Source: Clostridia bacterium
Lineage (GTDB): Bacteria > Bacillota > Clostridia > TANB77 > CAG-508
Length of the DNA: 36,712 bases
Direction of reading: 5' to 3'
Assembly: GCA_045602745.1 (NCBI GenBank)
Contig: JAZSCD010000013.1
Coordinates: forward strand, 1 to 36,712
Shown here one piece after another: positions 1 to 8,462 of this stretch. The notes beneath the pieces were generated by a model, which saw only the letters and a program-made list of their open reading frames with translations, was not told where the DNA came from and made no database searches. The stretch's first letter is position 1; each line of letters opens with the position of its first letter. The translations under genes were made by a program, and so were the position numbers.

Positions 1-381
1 AACGTAAGAATTTTTTGCTATAGCAGGAGCCATAGAATCATCTCTTACTTTTAAAGCTATTGCTGAACTTGGTATATCTGGTGGGCAATCAACAAATCCA
101 CCGATACTATCAACAGCAATTAATTTGCTATAAGATATATGTTTAACAAGGTTATAACTTTCTTGTTCTTCATTAACACATTTGTCATATGTAAACATTA
201 ATTGTTGGTATGGAATATTAAGTGCTCTACAAATATTTCTTAAAGCTTTATGGCTTGGATTTCTTTCTCCTTTTTCAATATGAGTAAGATGTCCTATATT
301 AATATCTGTAAGTCTTGCTAATTCTGTTTTAGACATACCTTTTTCTTTTCTTGCTTTCGCAATCATGTCACCAATCATCAT
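1..381 (-). CDS. XRE-family HTH repressor with LexA/CI-type S24 peptidase domain (3' end runs off the window)
   Basis: Absent from the ORF track because no stop lies in the window. Reverse complement of 381..1 reads MMIGDMIAKARKEKGMSKTELARLTDINIGHLTHIEKGERNPSHKALRNICRALNIPYQQLM...ALKVRDDSMAPAIAKNSYV. The N-terminus is an HTH_3-type helix-turn-helix. DDSMAP matches the S24 catalytic-serine motif G-D-S-M-x-P. GAGG lies about 9 nt upstream of the ATG at 381. Confidence 0.75.
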   Translation of the reverse strand, partial: MMIGDMIAKARKEKGMSKTELARLTDINIGHLTHIEKGERNPSHKALRNICRALNIPYQQLMFTYDKCVNEEQESYNLVKHISYSKLIAVDSIGGFVDCPPDIPSSAIALKVRDDSMAPAIAKNSYV

Positions 382-488
382 AATTAATTACCTCTTTTTC
401 TATAATTTTACATTATTATACACAAAAAAACACAAGTTGTCTAGTAGTAAACTTAAAAAACTTTTTTTATAAAAATATCACAAAAAGC

Positions 489-528
489 TTGACTTGTCAA
501 ATTGAAATATGATAACATTTTTGACAAG
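489..528 (+). promoter_or_regulatory. Candidate promoter/operator between divergent HTH genes
   Basis: TTGACT at 489-494 and an extended -10-like TG-a-TAACAT at 510-518 (18-nt spacer). The inverted repeat CTTGTCAA (493-500) / TTGACAAG (521-528) brackets the -10 region. Confidence 0.4.
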
Positions 529-545
529 AAAAAAGAGGTGATTAT

Positions 546-743
546 ATGTATAAAAATAAAATAAAAAAATATAGAATACAAAAAGGATTAACATTAAAGG
601 AAGTAGCTGATAAATGCGGAATTTCAGCAGGATATTTATGCCATTTAGAAAAAGGGAGTAGAAAGAATCCTTCTATAGAGGTTATGCAAAAAATAGCAAA
701 AGCACTAGATAAAACAATTACAGAAGTGTTTTTTATAGAATAA
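546..743 (+). CDS. Small XRE-family HTH regulator (Cro-like, 65 aa)
   Basis: LTLKEVADKCGISAGYLCHLEKGSRKNPS is a classic HTH_3 signature. RBS AGAGGTG lies 5-6 nt upstream. The gene is divergent from the S24-HTH gene. Confidence 0.8.
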   Translation: MYKNKIKKYRIQKGLTLKEVADKCGISAGYLCHLEKGSRKNPSIEVMQKIAKALDKTITEVFFIE

Positions 744-913
744 TAAATAGAAAGAAAATAAGCAAAAATAAAAATTTTGTAATATATATTATAAAAAAGC
801 GTAGAATTTAATATAAGAAAAAAATGGATAATAAATAAAAAATATTGTAAAAAAAAAATAGATATGATAATATAAATTTGAAAAATAATGTATTCTGTCG
901 AGGAGATAAATAT

Positions 914-2749
914 ATGAAGTTCTACGAGGAAAAAGAGAAAGAAAAAACTATAGAAAAAAATACTATGTTAGAAAATAAAATAATAGAAGAAAAGTTAGAG
1001 AATAAACAGAAAAAAGTAAAAATAAAAGTTGAAAAAGAAAAAAGGAAAACTTTAATAATAACTAGTGTGTTTATGGTTGTAATGATTATTATTTTATTTT
1101 CTTGTACAATTTTTTCTTTATTAAATATAAATAATGCAAGAATTATGAAGGGTGTAACAGTAAATGGAATTAGTGTACAAAATCTAACAATAGAAGAGGC
1201 TAAACAAACTATACAAGAAAAGATGGAAAAAGAATTAAATAAGGATATTAAAATAAATTCAGAAGGTTTTGAGTATTCAATTAAGTTAGAACAAATAGGA
1301 GTAGAATATAAAATAAAAGAAGCTATACAGAATGCATATAAAGTAGGAAGAGATGGAAATATATTTACTAATAATTTTGATATTTTAGAATCTATGATAA
1401 AAGGAAAAAATATACAATTAGAAAATTCTTACAACAAAGAACTACTTGAGGCAATAGCTAATGACATAGCAGTAAAAATACCAGATGCAGTAGAAGAAGC
1501 AAGTTACTATATAGAAAATGAAAAGTTATATATACTAAAAGGAAAATCTGGAAATACTATAAATCAAGAAATGTTAAAAGAAGAAATTTTAGATAAAATA
1601 AATAATGATAGCAATGAAAAAATATTGTTAAAAATTTATCACACAGAACCAGAAGAAATAAATATAGAAAAAATATATAGTGAAGTATATAAAGAGCCTA
1701 AAAATGCATATTATACAAAAGATCCATTTGAAGTTTTTCCACATGTTAATGGGGTAGATTTTGACATAGAAGCGGCAAAAGAAATTTTAAAGGAAGAGAA
1801 AGAAGAATACGAAATACCACTTATAATAAAAATACCACAAATAACTATAAATGAAATTGGAACAGAAGCATTTCCAGATTTAATATCTTCTTTTAGTACA
1901 AAATATAATGGAAATGATGTTCCTAGAACAACAAATTTAAAATTAGCAATGAAAAGTTTAAATGGAATCATTGTAAGCCCAGGAGAAACGTTTTCATATA
2001 ATAAAGTTTTAGGTAAAAGGACAATAGGTGCAGGATATAGAGAAGCAGGAGGATATGCAGGAGGAAGATTAGTTCAAATGGTAGGAGGAGGAATTTGCCA
2101 AATATCATCAACTTTATATAATGCTGTAGTTTATGCTAATTTAGAAATAGTAGAAAGACATAATCATATGTTCGTAGCAGGATATGTAGGTGCAGGAAAA
2201 GATGCTACAGTATCTTATGGAACATTAGATTTTAAATTTAAAAATACAAGAAACAATCCTATAATGATAAAAACATCTATAGGAGGGGGCGTTGCAAAAA
2301 TAAGTATATATGGAATAAAAGAAGAAGTTGAATATGATGTTGAAATTTCTTCAAAAATATTAAATTACACACCATATAAAGTTATATATGAAGAAGATAC
2401 TAGCTTAGGAGAAGGGAAAGAGAAGGTTGAGCAGGGAGGGATGAATGGTTGTAAAAGCATAACCTATAAAATAGTAAGATTAAATGGAGAAGAAATATCT
2501 AGAACAGTTCTTTCTTCTGATACATATAAAGCTATGAATAAAATTATAAAAAGAGGGCCAGTAAAAGAAGTTGGAGTAGTTGTACCACCACAGGATACAC
2601 AAATAGATACTAATCCACAAGAACCACCTATTTCAGAACCAACAATTCCAGAAGAAAGTGTACCGGAAGAAAATATACCAGAAGAAACTGTACCAGAGGA
2701 AGAAGGAGAGAAAGAACAAATACCAGAAAAAGATATAGAAGAAATATAA
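914..2749 (+). CDS. VanW-family protein with N-terminal TM anchor, G5 domain and Pro/Glu-rich tail
   Basis: GGGICQISSTLYNAVVYANLEIVERHNH is the VanW core. EKVEQGGMNGCKSITYKIVRLNGEE resembles a G5 domain. One TM helix (LIITSVFMVVMIIILFSCTIFSLL). Start moved from 878 to ATG 914, which has a GGAG RBS 8 nt upstream. Confidence 0.85.
   Translation: MKFYEEKEKEKTIEKNTMLENKIIEEKLENKQKKVKIKVEKEKRKTLIITSVFMVVMIIILFSCTIFSLLNINNARIMKGVTVNGISVQNLTIEEAKQTIQEKMEKELNKDIKINSEGFEYSIKLEQIGVEYKIKEAIQNAYKVGRDGNIFTNNFDILESMIKGKNIQLENSYNKELLEAIANDIAVKIPDAVEEASYYIENEKLYILKGKSGNTINQEMLKEEILDKINNDSNEKILLKIYHTEPEEINIEKIYSEVYKEPKNAYYTKDPFEVFPHVNGVDFDIEAAKEILKEEKEEYEIPLIIKIPQITINEIGTEAFPDLISSFSTKYNGNDVPRTTNLKLAMKSLNGIIVSPGETFSYNKVLGKRTIGAGYREAGGYAGGRLVQMVGGGICQISSTLYNAVVYANLEIVERHNHMFVAGYVGAGKDATVSYGTLDFKFKNTRNNPIMIKTSIGGGVAKISIYGIKEEVEYDVEISSKILNYTPYKVIYEEDTSLGEGKEKVEQGGMNGCKSITYKIVRLNGEEISRTVLSSDTYKAMNKIIKRGPVKEVGVVVPPQDTQIDTNPQEPPISEPTIPEESVPEENIPEETVPEEEGEKEQIPEKDIEEI
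2648..2707 (+). repeat. 4 x 15-bp tandem coding repeat (P-E-E-x-x)4 in the VanW tail
   Basis: ccagaagaaagtgta / ccggaagaaaatata / ccagaagaaactgta / ccagaggaagaagga, in frame with the CDS. Confidence 0.8.
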
Positions 2750-2773
2750 AATCTTAATAATTGAGTATATAAA

Positions 2774-2793
2774 GGGTCGACTTTAGTCGACCC
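2774..2793. repeat. REP-like hairpin (reverse-orientation member of the GTAG-hairpin family)
   Basis: gggtcgac-ttta-gtcgaccc. On the minus strand it reads tttTAGGGTCGACtaaaGTCGACCC, which resembles the other copies. There is no T-run on the + strand, so it is a poor classical terminator. Confidence 0.5.
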
Positions 2794-2871
2794 TAAAATT
2801 GTGAATTATTTATTTATCATTGCATTGACAAAGCTTGAATTTGGTATTATAATAAAAAACGTTAAAAATAT

Positions 2872-2947
2872 GTGCCATTAGCTCAGTTGGTAGAGCATCC
2901 GACTCTTAATCGGCAGGTCCAGAGTTCGAATCTCTGATGGCGCACCA
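2872..2947 (+). tRNA. tRNA-Lys (anticodon CTT)
   Basis: Hand-folded cloverleaf. Acceptor GTGCCAT/ATGGCGC, D arm GCTC-AGTTGGTA-GAGC, anticodon loop C-T-CTT-A-A, T arm CAGAG-TTCGAAT-CTCTG, encoded CCA. Confidence 0.9.
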
Positions 2948-3174
2948 AAAACTGCGACTTGCAAGTTACAGCTAATAATGAATAGTGAAGAGTTAATAAT
3001 GAATAGTTTAGGTGATAAATTACACTTTTATACTATTTAATATTAACTCTTTAATTTTAGTGTTCGTATATAGTTATTATTTAAGAAATAAGAGTAATAC
3101 CAGAATGATTACTTACAAACGGATATTTATTTTGATTTGTAGTTTTCATATCCATATGTTATATTTCCTGTATA

Positions 3175-4005
3175 TTAAAATAGTTTAGTAATTATAATTT
3201 TAATAAAAAATGCTGCAAAAAGTATACATATTAGTCCGATTAATATTGTTATTATAGTAATATTGTTTTTTTCTTCTAATTCGCCAATTGTTTTTATATG
3301 AGTGTTTTTTGATTTCCATTTAAGTAAATTTATAGGTAACCATAGTCCATAAATACCAATAGTTATAGCACTTAAGAAATACCAAAGAAGATATTTTCCA
3401 AATAAAGAGAGTCCATTACCAGTAAAAACTAGTTTTTTTCTGTTAATTATGGTGTGCTTATTAATCCATCTTAATTTATAGCAAGACGTAAATGGATATA
3501 AAAGTCCCAAACTGATACAATTAAGCATGAAGCATAGAATATTTACTCCAAAAAGATGAATAGGTTTTCCGTAAAAAAAACTTTCATTTCTAACGAAAGG
3601 TTCATCTTCAAAATGGATATTGGATATAACCCAGTTTGCTTTTTTTGCAGGAACAAATAAAAGATAGATACCAAGTGTTATAATAGAGAAAAATCTCCAT
3701 TTAAACATATTTACATATAAATCTCCGCCATCTCCTTCGAATTTTAATCTTTTACCATTGTAAACAGTATGATTTATTTCATAAGAATATAACATACATT
3801 TAGCCCAAGAAGAACCAACACCTAGAGATATTATAGATATTAAAAAAGTTAAAACTCTCCAGCCTATTAATTCAAGTAAAGTTCCGTCGAAGTAAGAATC
3901 TGTTCTCAAAGATTTTGCCGTACGAGGTACTACAATTTCTTCAAAGTTATTTTTAGTATCTATAAATTCGTGTTTAGTAGGATTATTAATAGTTTCGGTG
4001 TTCAT
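3175..4005 (-). CDS. Multi-pass membrane protein, DUF898 (YjgN)-like
   Basis: Two repeated units match the DUF898 pattern as I recall it: 'F-x-G ... TLGIY ... W' (FDGTLLELIGWRVLTFLISIISLG...; LKFEGDGGDLYVNMFKWRFFSIITLGIYLLF; LVFTGNGLSLFGKYLLWYFLSAITIGIYGLWLP). RBS AGGAGG upstream. Confidence 0.55.
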   Translation of the reverse strand: MNTETINNPTKHEFIDTKNNFEEIVVPRTAKSLRTDSYFDGTLLELIGWRVLTFLISIISLGVGSSWAKCMLYSYEINHTVYNGKRLKFEGDGGDLYVNMFKWRFFSIITLGIYLLFVPAKKANWVISNIHFEDEPFVRNESFFYGKPIHLFGVNILCFMLNCISLGLLYPFTSCYKLRWINKHTIINRKKLVFTGNGLSLFGKYLLWYFLSAITIGIYGLWLPINLLKWKSKNTHIKTIGELEEKNNITIITILIGLICILFAAFFIKIIITKLF

Positions 4006-4234
4006 TTTTTACCTCCTTATTATTTTATTTATAGTCAAATTATATCATAAGATAAATTTTGTGGAAACAAAATTTAGAAATTTATAATATTTTAATAAAT
4101 TTTTGTTATGATAAAAAGTTATTATAACGAAATTTAAAATTTAATATAGGACTACTCAAGGAAATAAAAATATGGTATAATACTAAAGATTGTGTAAAAA
4201 AATATAGTAAAAGAAAATAGAAGGGGTGATTTTT

Positions 4235-5176
4235 ATGTTGAACATATATATAACAGACTTAAAAACCAATAAATTTGAGAAAATAAAAGAGTTTAGACCA
4301 GGGTCCTGGATTAGTTTAGTAAATCCATCAGAAGACGAAATAAAAGACGTTTGCTCAAATTTAAAAATAGAAGATGAATTCATAAAATATCCTCTTGATT
4401 ATGAAGAACAAGCCAGAATAGATATAGAAGATGACATGACTTTATTTGTTATAGATGTTCCTGTAATAGAAGAAGATAATGAAGGGAAAACTTATTCTAC
4501 AATGCCATTAGGTTTAATTGTAGTTAGAGATGAATATTTTATTACGGTATCATTAAAGAAAAATAGAATAATAGACAGTTTTGAAAAAGGAAGAGTAAAA
4601 GGAATGTTTACATACAAAAAAACTAGATTTCTTTTACAGGTATTATATTTAAATGCATCTTATTATTTAAATGACTTAAAGAAAATTAACAAAGAAGCTG
4701 AAAACACAGTAAATGATTTGAAAAAAACAATGAAAAATCAAGATTTAATGAAATTATTAAGACTAGAAAATAGCTTGGTTTATATAACAACATCATTAAA
4801 AGCAAATGAAGTTGTTATGGAAAAAACAGCTAGGGGAAAAGTTTTAAAATCTTATGAAGAAGATGATGAAATATTAGAAGATGCTATTATAGAAAATAGA
4901 CAAGCAATAGAGATGGGTAAAATATATAGAGAAGTCTTAAATGGAACAATGGATGCATATGCTTCTATAATATCAAATAATCTAAATGTTGTAATGAAAC
5001 TTCTAGCTTCAATTACAATTGTATTATCACTACCAACATTAATTGCAAGTGTTTGGGGAATGAATGTTCCATTACCATTTGCAAGTAATCCTTACGGATT
5101 TGTTATAGTTTGTGGAATTTCCATATTAATATCTGTAATAGCTTTTGTGTGGCTTAAGAAGAAAGATATGCTATAA
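4235..5176 (+). CDS. corA: CorA-family Mg2+/Co2+ transporter
   Basis: C-terminal two TM helices with the WGMNV (GMN) signature. About 314 aa. Start moved to ATG 4235 (RBS AAGGGG at 4221-4226). Extended -10 TG-g-TATAAT at 4173-4181. Confidence 0.85.
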   Translation: MLNIYITDLKTNKFEKIKEFRPGSWISLVNPSEDEIKDVCSNLKIEDEFIKYPLDYEEQARIDIEDDMTLFVIDVPVIEEDNEGKTYSTMPLGLIVVRDEYFITVSLKKNRIIDSFEKGRVKGMFTYKKTRFLLQVLYLNASYYLNDLKKINKEAENTVNDLKKTMKNQDLMKLLRLENSLVYITTSLKANEVVMEKTARGKVLKSYEEDDEILEDAIIENRQAIEMGKIYREVLNGTMDAYASIISNNLNVVMKLLASITIVLSLPTLIASVWGMNVPLPFASNPYGFVIVCGISILISVIAFVWLKKKDML

Positions 5177-5213
5177 GTAATTTTTAAATTAAAAGGAAGG
5201 AAAGGGATAAATA

Positions 5214-6794
5214 ATGTTAAATACTGTAGGAGTAACAGTGAGATTTGGAAAGAGAGTTCTATTTGAAGATGTAAATATAAAATTTTCTAAAGGTAATTGT
5301 TATGGATTAATTGGAGCTAATGGGGCTGGAAAATCTACTTTTTTAAAAGTATTATCAGGAGAAATAGAACCAAGTAAAGGTGAAGTTTCAATGAATAAGG
5401 GTGAAAGACTTTCTACCTTAAAGCAAGACCATTTTGCTTATGAAGAAAATACTGTAATAGATACAGTTATAATGGGTAATAATGAACTTTATAGTATAAT
5501 GAAGGAAAAGGAAGAAATTTATTCAAAACCAGATTTTTCTGAAGAAGATGGATTGAAAGCTGCGAAGCTAGAAGAAAGATTTGGAGAATTAGATGGTTGG
5601 AATGCAGAATCTGATGCAGCGACATTACTTAACAACTTAGGAATACCAGCAAGTGAACATTATAAATTAATGAAAGAAATAGAAGCGAAAGATAAAGTAA
5701 AAGTATTACTTGCTCAAAGTTTATTTGGAAATCCAGATGTTCTATTATTGGATGAGCCTACAAACGATTTAGATTTAAAAAGCATAAATTGGTTACAAGA
5801 ATTTTTAATGGATTTTGAAAATACAGTAATAGTTGTATCACATGATAGATATTTTTTAAATAAAGTTTGTACACACATAGCAGATGTTGATTTTGGGAAA
5901 ATTAAAGTTTATCCAGGAAATTACGATTTTTGGTACGAATCTAGCCAATTAGCACTAAAACAAGCAAGGGAACAAAATAAGAAAAAAGAAGAAAAAATAA
6001 AAGAATTACAAGAATTTATAGCAAGATTTAGTGCAAATGCTTCAAAATCAAAACAAGCAACTTCAAGAAAAAAATCATTGGAGAAAATTGAGCTAGAAGA
6101 AATAAAAGCATCAAACAGAAAATATCCATACATAGATTTTAAACCAGATAGGGAACCAGGAAAAGAAATACTTACAGTAAAAAATCTATGTAAAAGTATA
6201 AATGGAGAAGAAGTGTTAAAAAATATATCTTTTTCAGTAAAAGCTGATAATAAAATAGCAGTATTATCAAACAATGAAATTGCAACAACACTTTTATTTC
6301 AAATAATAGCTGGAGAGGTTGAACCAGATAGTGGAGAAATAATTTGGGGACAAACTATAACAAAAGATTATTTTCCAAAAGATAACTCATATTTATTTGA
6401 AAATGATGAAATACTTGTAGATTGGCTTAGAAAATATTCAAAAGATCCAGATGAAACATATGTAAGAGGATTTTTAGGAAGAATGTTATTTTCAGGAGAT
6501 GAAGCTCTAAAAAATGTTAAAGTTTTATCAGGAGGAGAAAAAGTAAGATGTGTATTATCTAAACTAATGCTTTCAGGAGCTAATTTCTTAATATTTGATG
6601 ATCCTACAAATCATTTAGATATGGAATCAAATACAGCACTAAACGAAGGAATGAAGAAAATTAAAGGTAATATGATATTTACATCCCATGATCACCAATT
6701 AACGGAGACTGTTGCAGATAGAATAATAGATTTAAGAAAAGATAAAATAGTAGATAGAGAATGTACATATAATGAATATCTTGGAATTGAATAA
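5214..6794 (+). CDS. ABC-F family ATPase (YbiT/YkpA-like, two NBDs, no TMD)
   Basis: NBD1 has Walker A GANGAGKST and Walker B LLLDEPTNDLD. A K/E-rich interdomain linker follows. NBD2 has signature LSGGEKVR and H-loop SHD. NBD2 Walker A and the NBD1 signature are degenerate (see findings). Confidence 0.9.
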   Translation: MLNTVGVTVRFGKRVLFEDVNIKFSKGNCYGLIGANGAGKSTFLKVLSGEIEPSKGEVSMNKGERLSTLKQDHFAYEENTVIDTVIMGNNELYSIMKEKEEIYSKPDFSEEDGLKAAKLEERFGELDGWNAESDAATLLNNLGIPASEHYKLMKEIEAKDKVKVLLAQSLFGNPDVLLLDEPTNDLDLKSINWLQEFLMDFENTVIVVSHDRYFLNKVCTHIADVDFGKIKVYPGNYDFWYESSQLALKQAREQNKKKEEKIKELQEFIARFSANASKSKQATSRKKSLEKIELEEIKASNRKYPYIDFKPDREPGKEILTVKNLCKSINGEEVLKNISFSVKADNKIAVLSNNEIATTLLFQIIAGEVEPDSGEIIWGQTITKDYFPKDNSYLFENDEILVDWLRKYSKDPDETYVRGFLGRMLFSGDEALKNVKVLSGGEKVRCVLSKLMLSGANFLIFDDPTNHLDMESNTALNEGMKKIKGNMIFTSHDHQLTETVADRIIDLRKDKIVDRECTYNEYLGIE

Positions 6795-6800
6795 TATAAA

Positions 6801-6830
6801 AAGAATGTGACCTTTCGGGCACATTCTTTT
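6801..6830 (+). terminator. Rho-independent terminator after the ABC-F gene
   Basis: aagaatgtg-acctttcggg-cacattctt followed by tttt. 9-bp stem. Confidence 0.7.
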
Positions 6831-6844
6831 CGATAAGAGAATAA

Positions 6845-7036
6845 TTATCTCTTTATACCCCTCGGAGATTCAGCTCTTTCTTCCGGAGATTCAGGAGTTA
6901 TAAATTTAGAATTCTTTCCGGCGGGATACATGTCTGGCGTTCTGGGTAACTGATAATAAGGAGCTTTCTTTGTTGCTTTTGCTCCTGCTAAGAATCCACC
7001 AGAATGAGACTTCTTCTTATCTTTGCGTATAAGCAT
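6845..7036 (-). CDS. Small basic hypothetical protein (63 aa; 69 aa if ATG 7054 is used)
   Basis: MLIRKDKKKSHSGGFLAGAKATKKAPYYQLPRTPDMYPAGKNSKFITPESPEERAESPRGIKR. RBS GAAAGGTAG precedes ATG 7036. It has its own near-consensus promoter (7099-7127). Visibly higher GC than its surroundings. I recognise no family. Confidence 0.45.
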   Translation of the reverse strand: MLIRKDKKKSHSGGFLAGAKATKKAPYYQLPRTPDMYPAGKNSKFITPESPEERAESPRGIKR

Positions 7037-7098
7037 GGTGTCACTACCTTTCATAAAATAGTATTAACTTTTTTCATTTTATAAAGAAAGTTGATGGT

Positions 7099-7127
7099 AT
7101 TATATAACAAAAACACCCTAAAGTCAA
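7099..7127 (-). promoter_or_regulatory. Near-consensus sigma-A promoter for the small ORF
   Basis: On the minus strand: TTGACT (7127-7122), 17-nt spacer, TATAAT (7104-7099). Confidence 0.55.
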
Positions 7128-7193
7128 CATAAACGGAATGTTTGAATGTTGCACCAAGAGGATTAAATTTAATGTTCAGTAGGCAAATAAAAA

Positions 7194-7377
7194 TTGTAGA
7201 GAAATTGTAGGGGCGACTAGTAGTCGCCCGCCCTTCGAAGGCATTTCTTAAAATTTACAAAAATTAATAAAAATTTAAAATAATAAAAAACCTAGTTTGA
7301 ATATAAAATAACTAGGTTCTTTTAGTATGCCTCTGGAGCACGGGCGACTACTAGTCGCCCCTACAGTTTCTCTACAA
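7194..7377. repeat. REPIN/MITE-like doublet: 37-bp inverted repeats, each containing a GTAG-headed hairpin
   Basis: Left arm 7194-7230 is ttgtagagaaattGTAGGGGCGACtagtaGTCGCCCg. The reverse complement of right arm 7341-7377 is ttgtagagaaacTGTAGGGGCGACtagtaGTCGCCCg (36/37 identical). The arms flank 110 bp that contain a terminator. Confidence 0.8.
7283..7318 (-). terminator. Terminator downstream of the HD-GYP response-regulator gene
   Basis: aacctagtt-N12-aactaggtt, a 9-bp stem. The A-run at 7284-7290 gives a T-run on the minus strand. Confidence 0.65.
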
Positions 7378-7400
7378 ATAATTATCATGCTATATTTGTT

Positions 7401-8462
7401 TTATATTTCTGGATTATATTTTTTTCTAATTTCTTCTATTTTCTCATAGTCATTATTTAATATATCCAAAAATGCATCAGCACAATTTGGATCAAATTGT
7501 GTACCTTTACATTTTTCTATTTCTTCTTTCACAGTTTCTAAAAACAAAGAATCCCTATAAGTCCTTCTAGAAGTCATAGCATCAAATGCATCTGCTACTG
7601 CAGTTATTCTTGCTAAATAAGGTATATCTAGTCCTTTTAGCCTAGAAGGATAACCATTACCATCAAAACGCTCATGATGATGTTTTACAATAGGAATTAC
7701 ATTTTGAAAAATTGTGGCATTAGATAAAATATGAGAACCTATAGTAGGATGATTTTTAATTTCTGAATATTCATCATCAGTTAATTTACTGTTTTTTAGT
7801 AAAATACTATCAGGAACACCGATTTTACCAATGTCGTGGAACAAACCACCTATTTTTAAAGTATTTATATCTTCGTCTGAAAGATTTAGTTTTTGTCCTA
7901 TTAGAACAGAATATTCGGAAACTCTATCTGAGTGACCTCTTGTATATGTGTCTTTTGCTTCTACTGTAAAACGTAAAGTTTCAATACTTTCCAAATATGC
8001 TTTTTCTAATTTTTCATAAGTATCTTTTAGTTCAATATTTATTTTTTTAATTAAATTCATTTGAGAAATTACTTTTATTCCTGATTCTACAAGTAAAAGC
8101 AGTTGGTCAAATTTGTCACTTTTTTCACAATATCCTTGAATATCTAATCTTCTAATTGTTTCTAATGGAGGAGCCAAATCTTTGTGACCAGTAAGAAGTA
8201 AAATATATAAATTTTTATTAAATTTTCGAATTTCTTCTACTACTTGATCTCCATGAATAGGTGTCATTATAAAATCTAGCAACATTAAGTCAAAATGTTC
8301 TTGTTTAACTCTTTCTATAGCTTCCATAGGATCTGTTATTCCAACAAAATTATAGCCAGCTTTATTAAGAAAAACTTTTAAGGAATCTAAAATTCCAGAT
8401 TCATCATCAACTGCTATTATTTTATATTGAGAATTTTCGTTAGAATATATGTTTTTTCTCAT
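7401..8462 (-). CDS. Response regulator with HD-GYP output domain (putative c-di-GMP phosphodiesterase)
   Basis: REC domain (KIIAVDDE...DLMLLDFIMT, phospho-acceptor Asp context). HD-GYP signatures HDIGK and HHERFDGNGYP. Start moved to ATG 8462, with GGAG 8 nt upstream. Confidence 0.85.
   Translation of the reverse strand: MRKNIYSNENSQYKIIAVDDESGILDSLKVFLNKAGYNFVGITDPMEAIERVKQEHFDLMLLDFIMTPIHGDQVVEEIRKFNKNLYILLLTGHKDLAPPLETIRRLDIQGYCEKSDKFDQLLLLVESGIKVISQMNLIKKINIELKDTYEKLEKAYLESIETLRFTVEAKDTYTRGHSDRVSEYSVLIGQKLNLSDEDINTLKIGGLFHDIGKIGVPDSILLKNSKLTDDEYSEIKNHPTIGSHILSNATIFQNVIPIVKHHHERFDGNGYPSRLKGLDIPYLARITAVADAFDAMTSRRTYRDSLFLETVKEEIEKCKGTQFDPNCADAFLDILNNDYEKIEEIRKKYNPEI

Noticed and set aside
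2948-3174. Island integration at tRNA-Lys, suggested by the 14-bp direct repeat taataatgaatagt at 2973-2986 and 2994-3007.
   Set aside because: The repeats are adjacent to each other with a 21-bp period, not flanking an element. No copy of the tRNA 3' end and no integrase occurs downstream in the window.
4006-4234. Possible Mg2+ (M-box) riboswitch upstream of corA.
   Set aside because: The leader is almost pure A/T. It has none of the G-rich conserved M-box helices. Only an extended -10 promoter is visible.
7194-7377. The repeated GTAGGGG hairpins as a CRISPR array.
   Set aside because: There are only two adjacent copies, and they are inverted rather than direct. Other copies are scattered kilobases apart. 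There are no regularly spaced direct repeats and no cas genes in the window.
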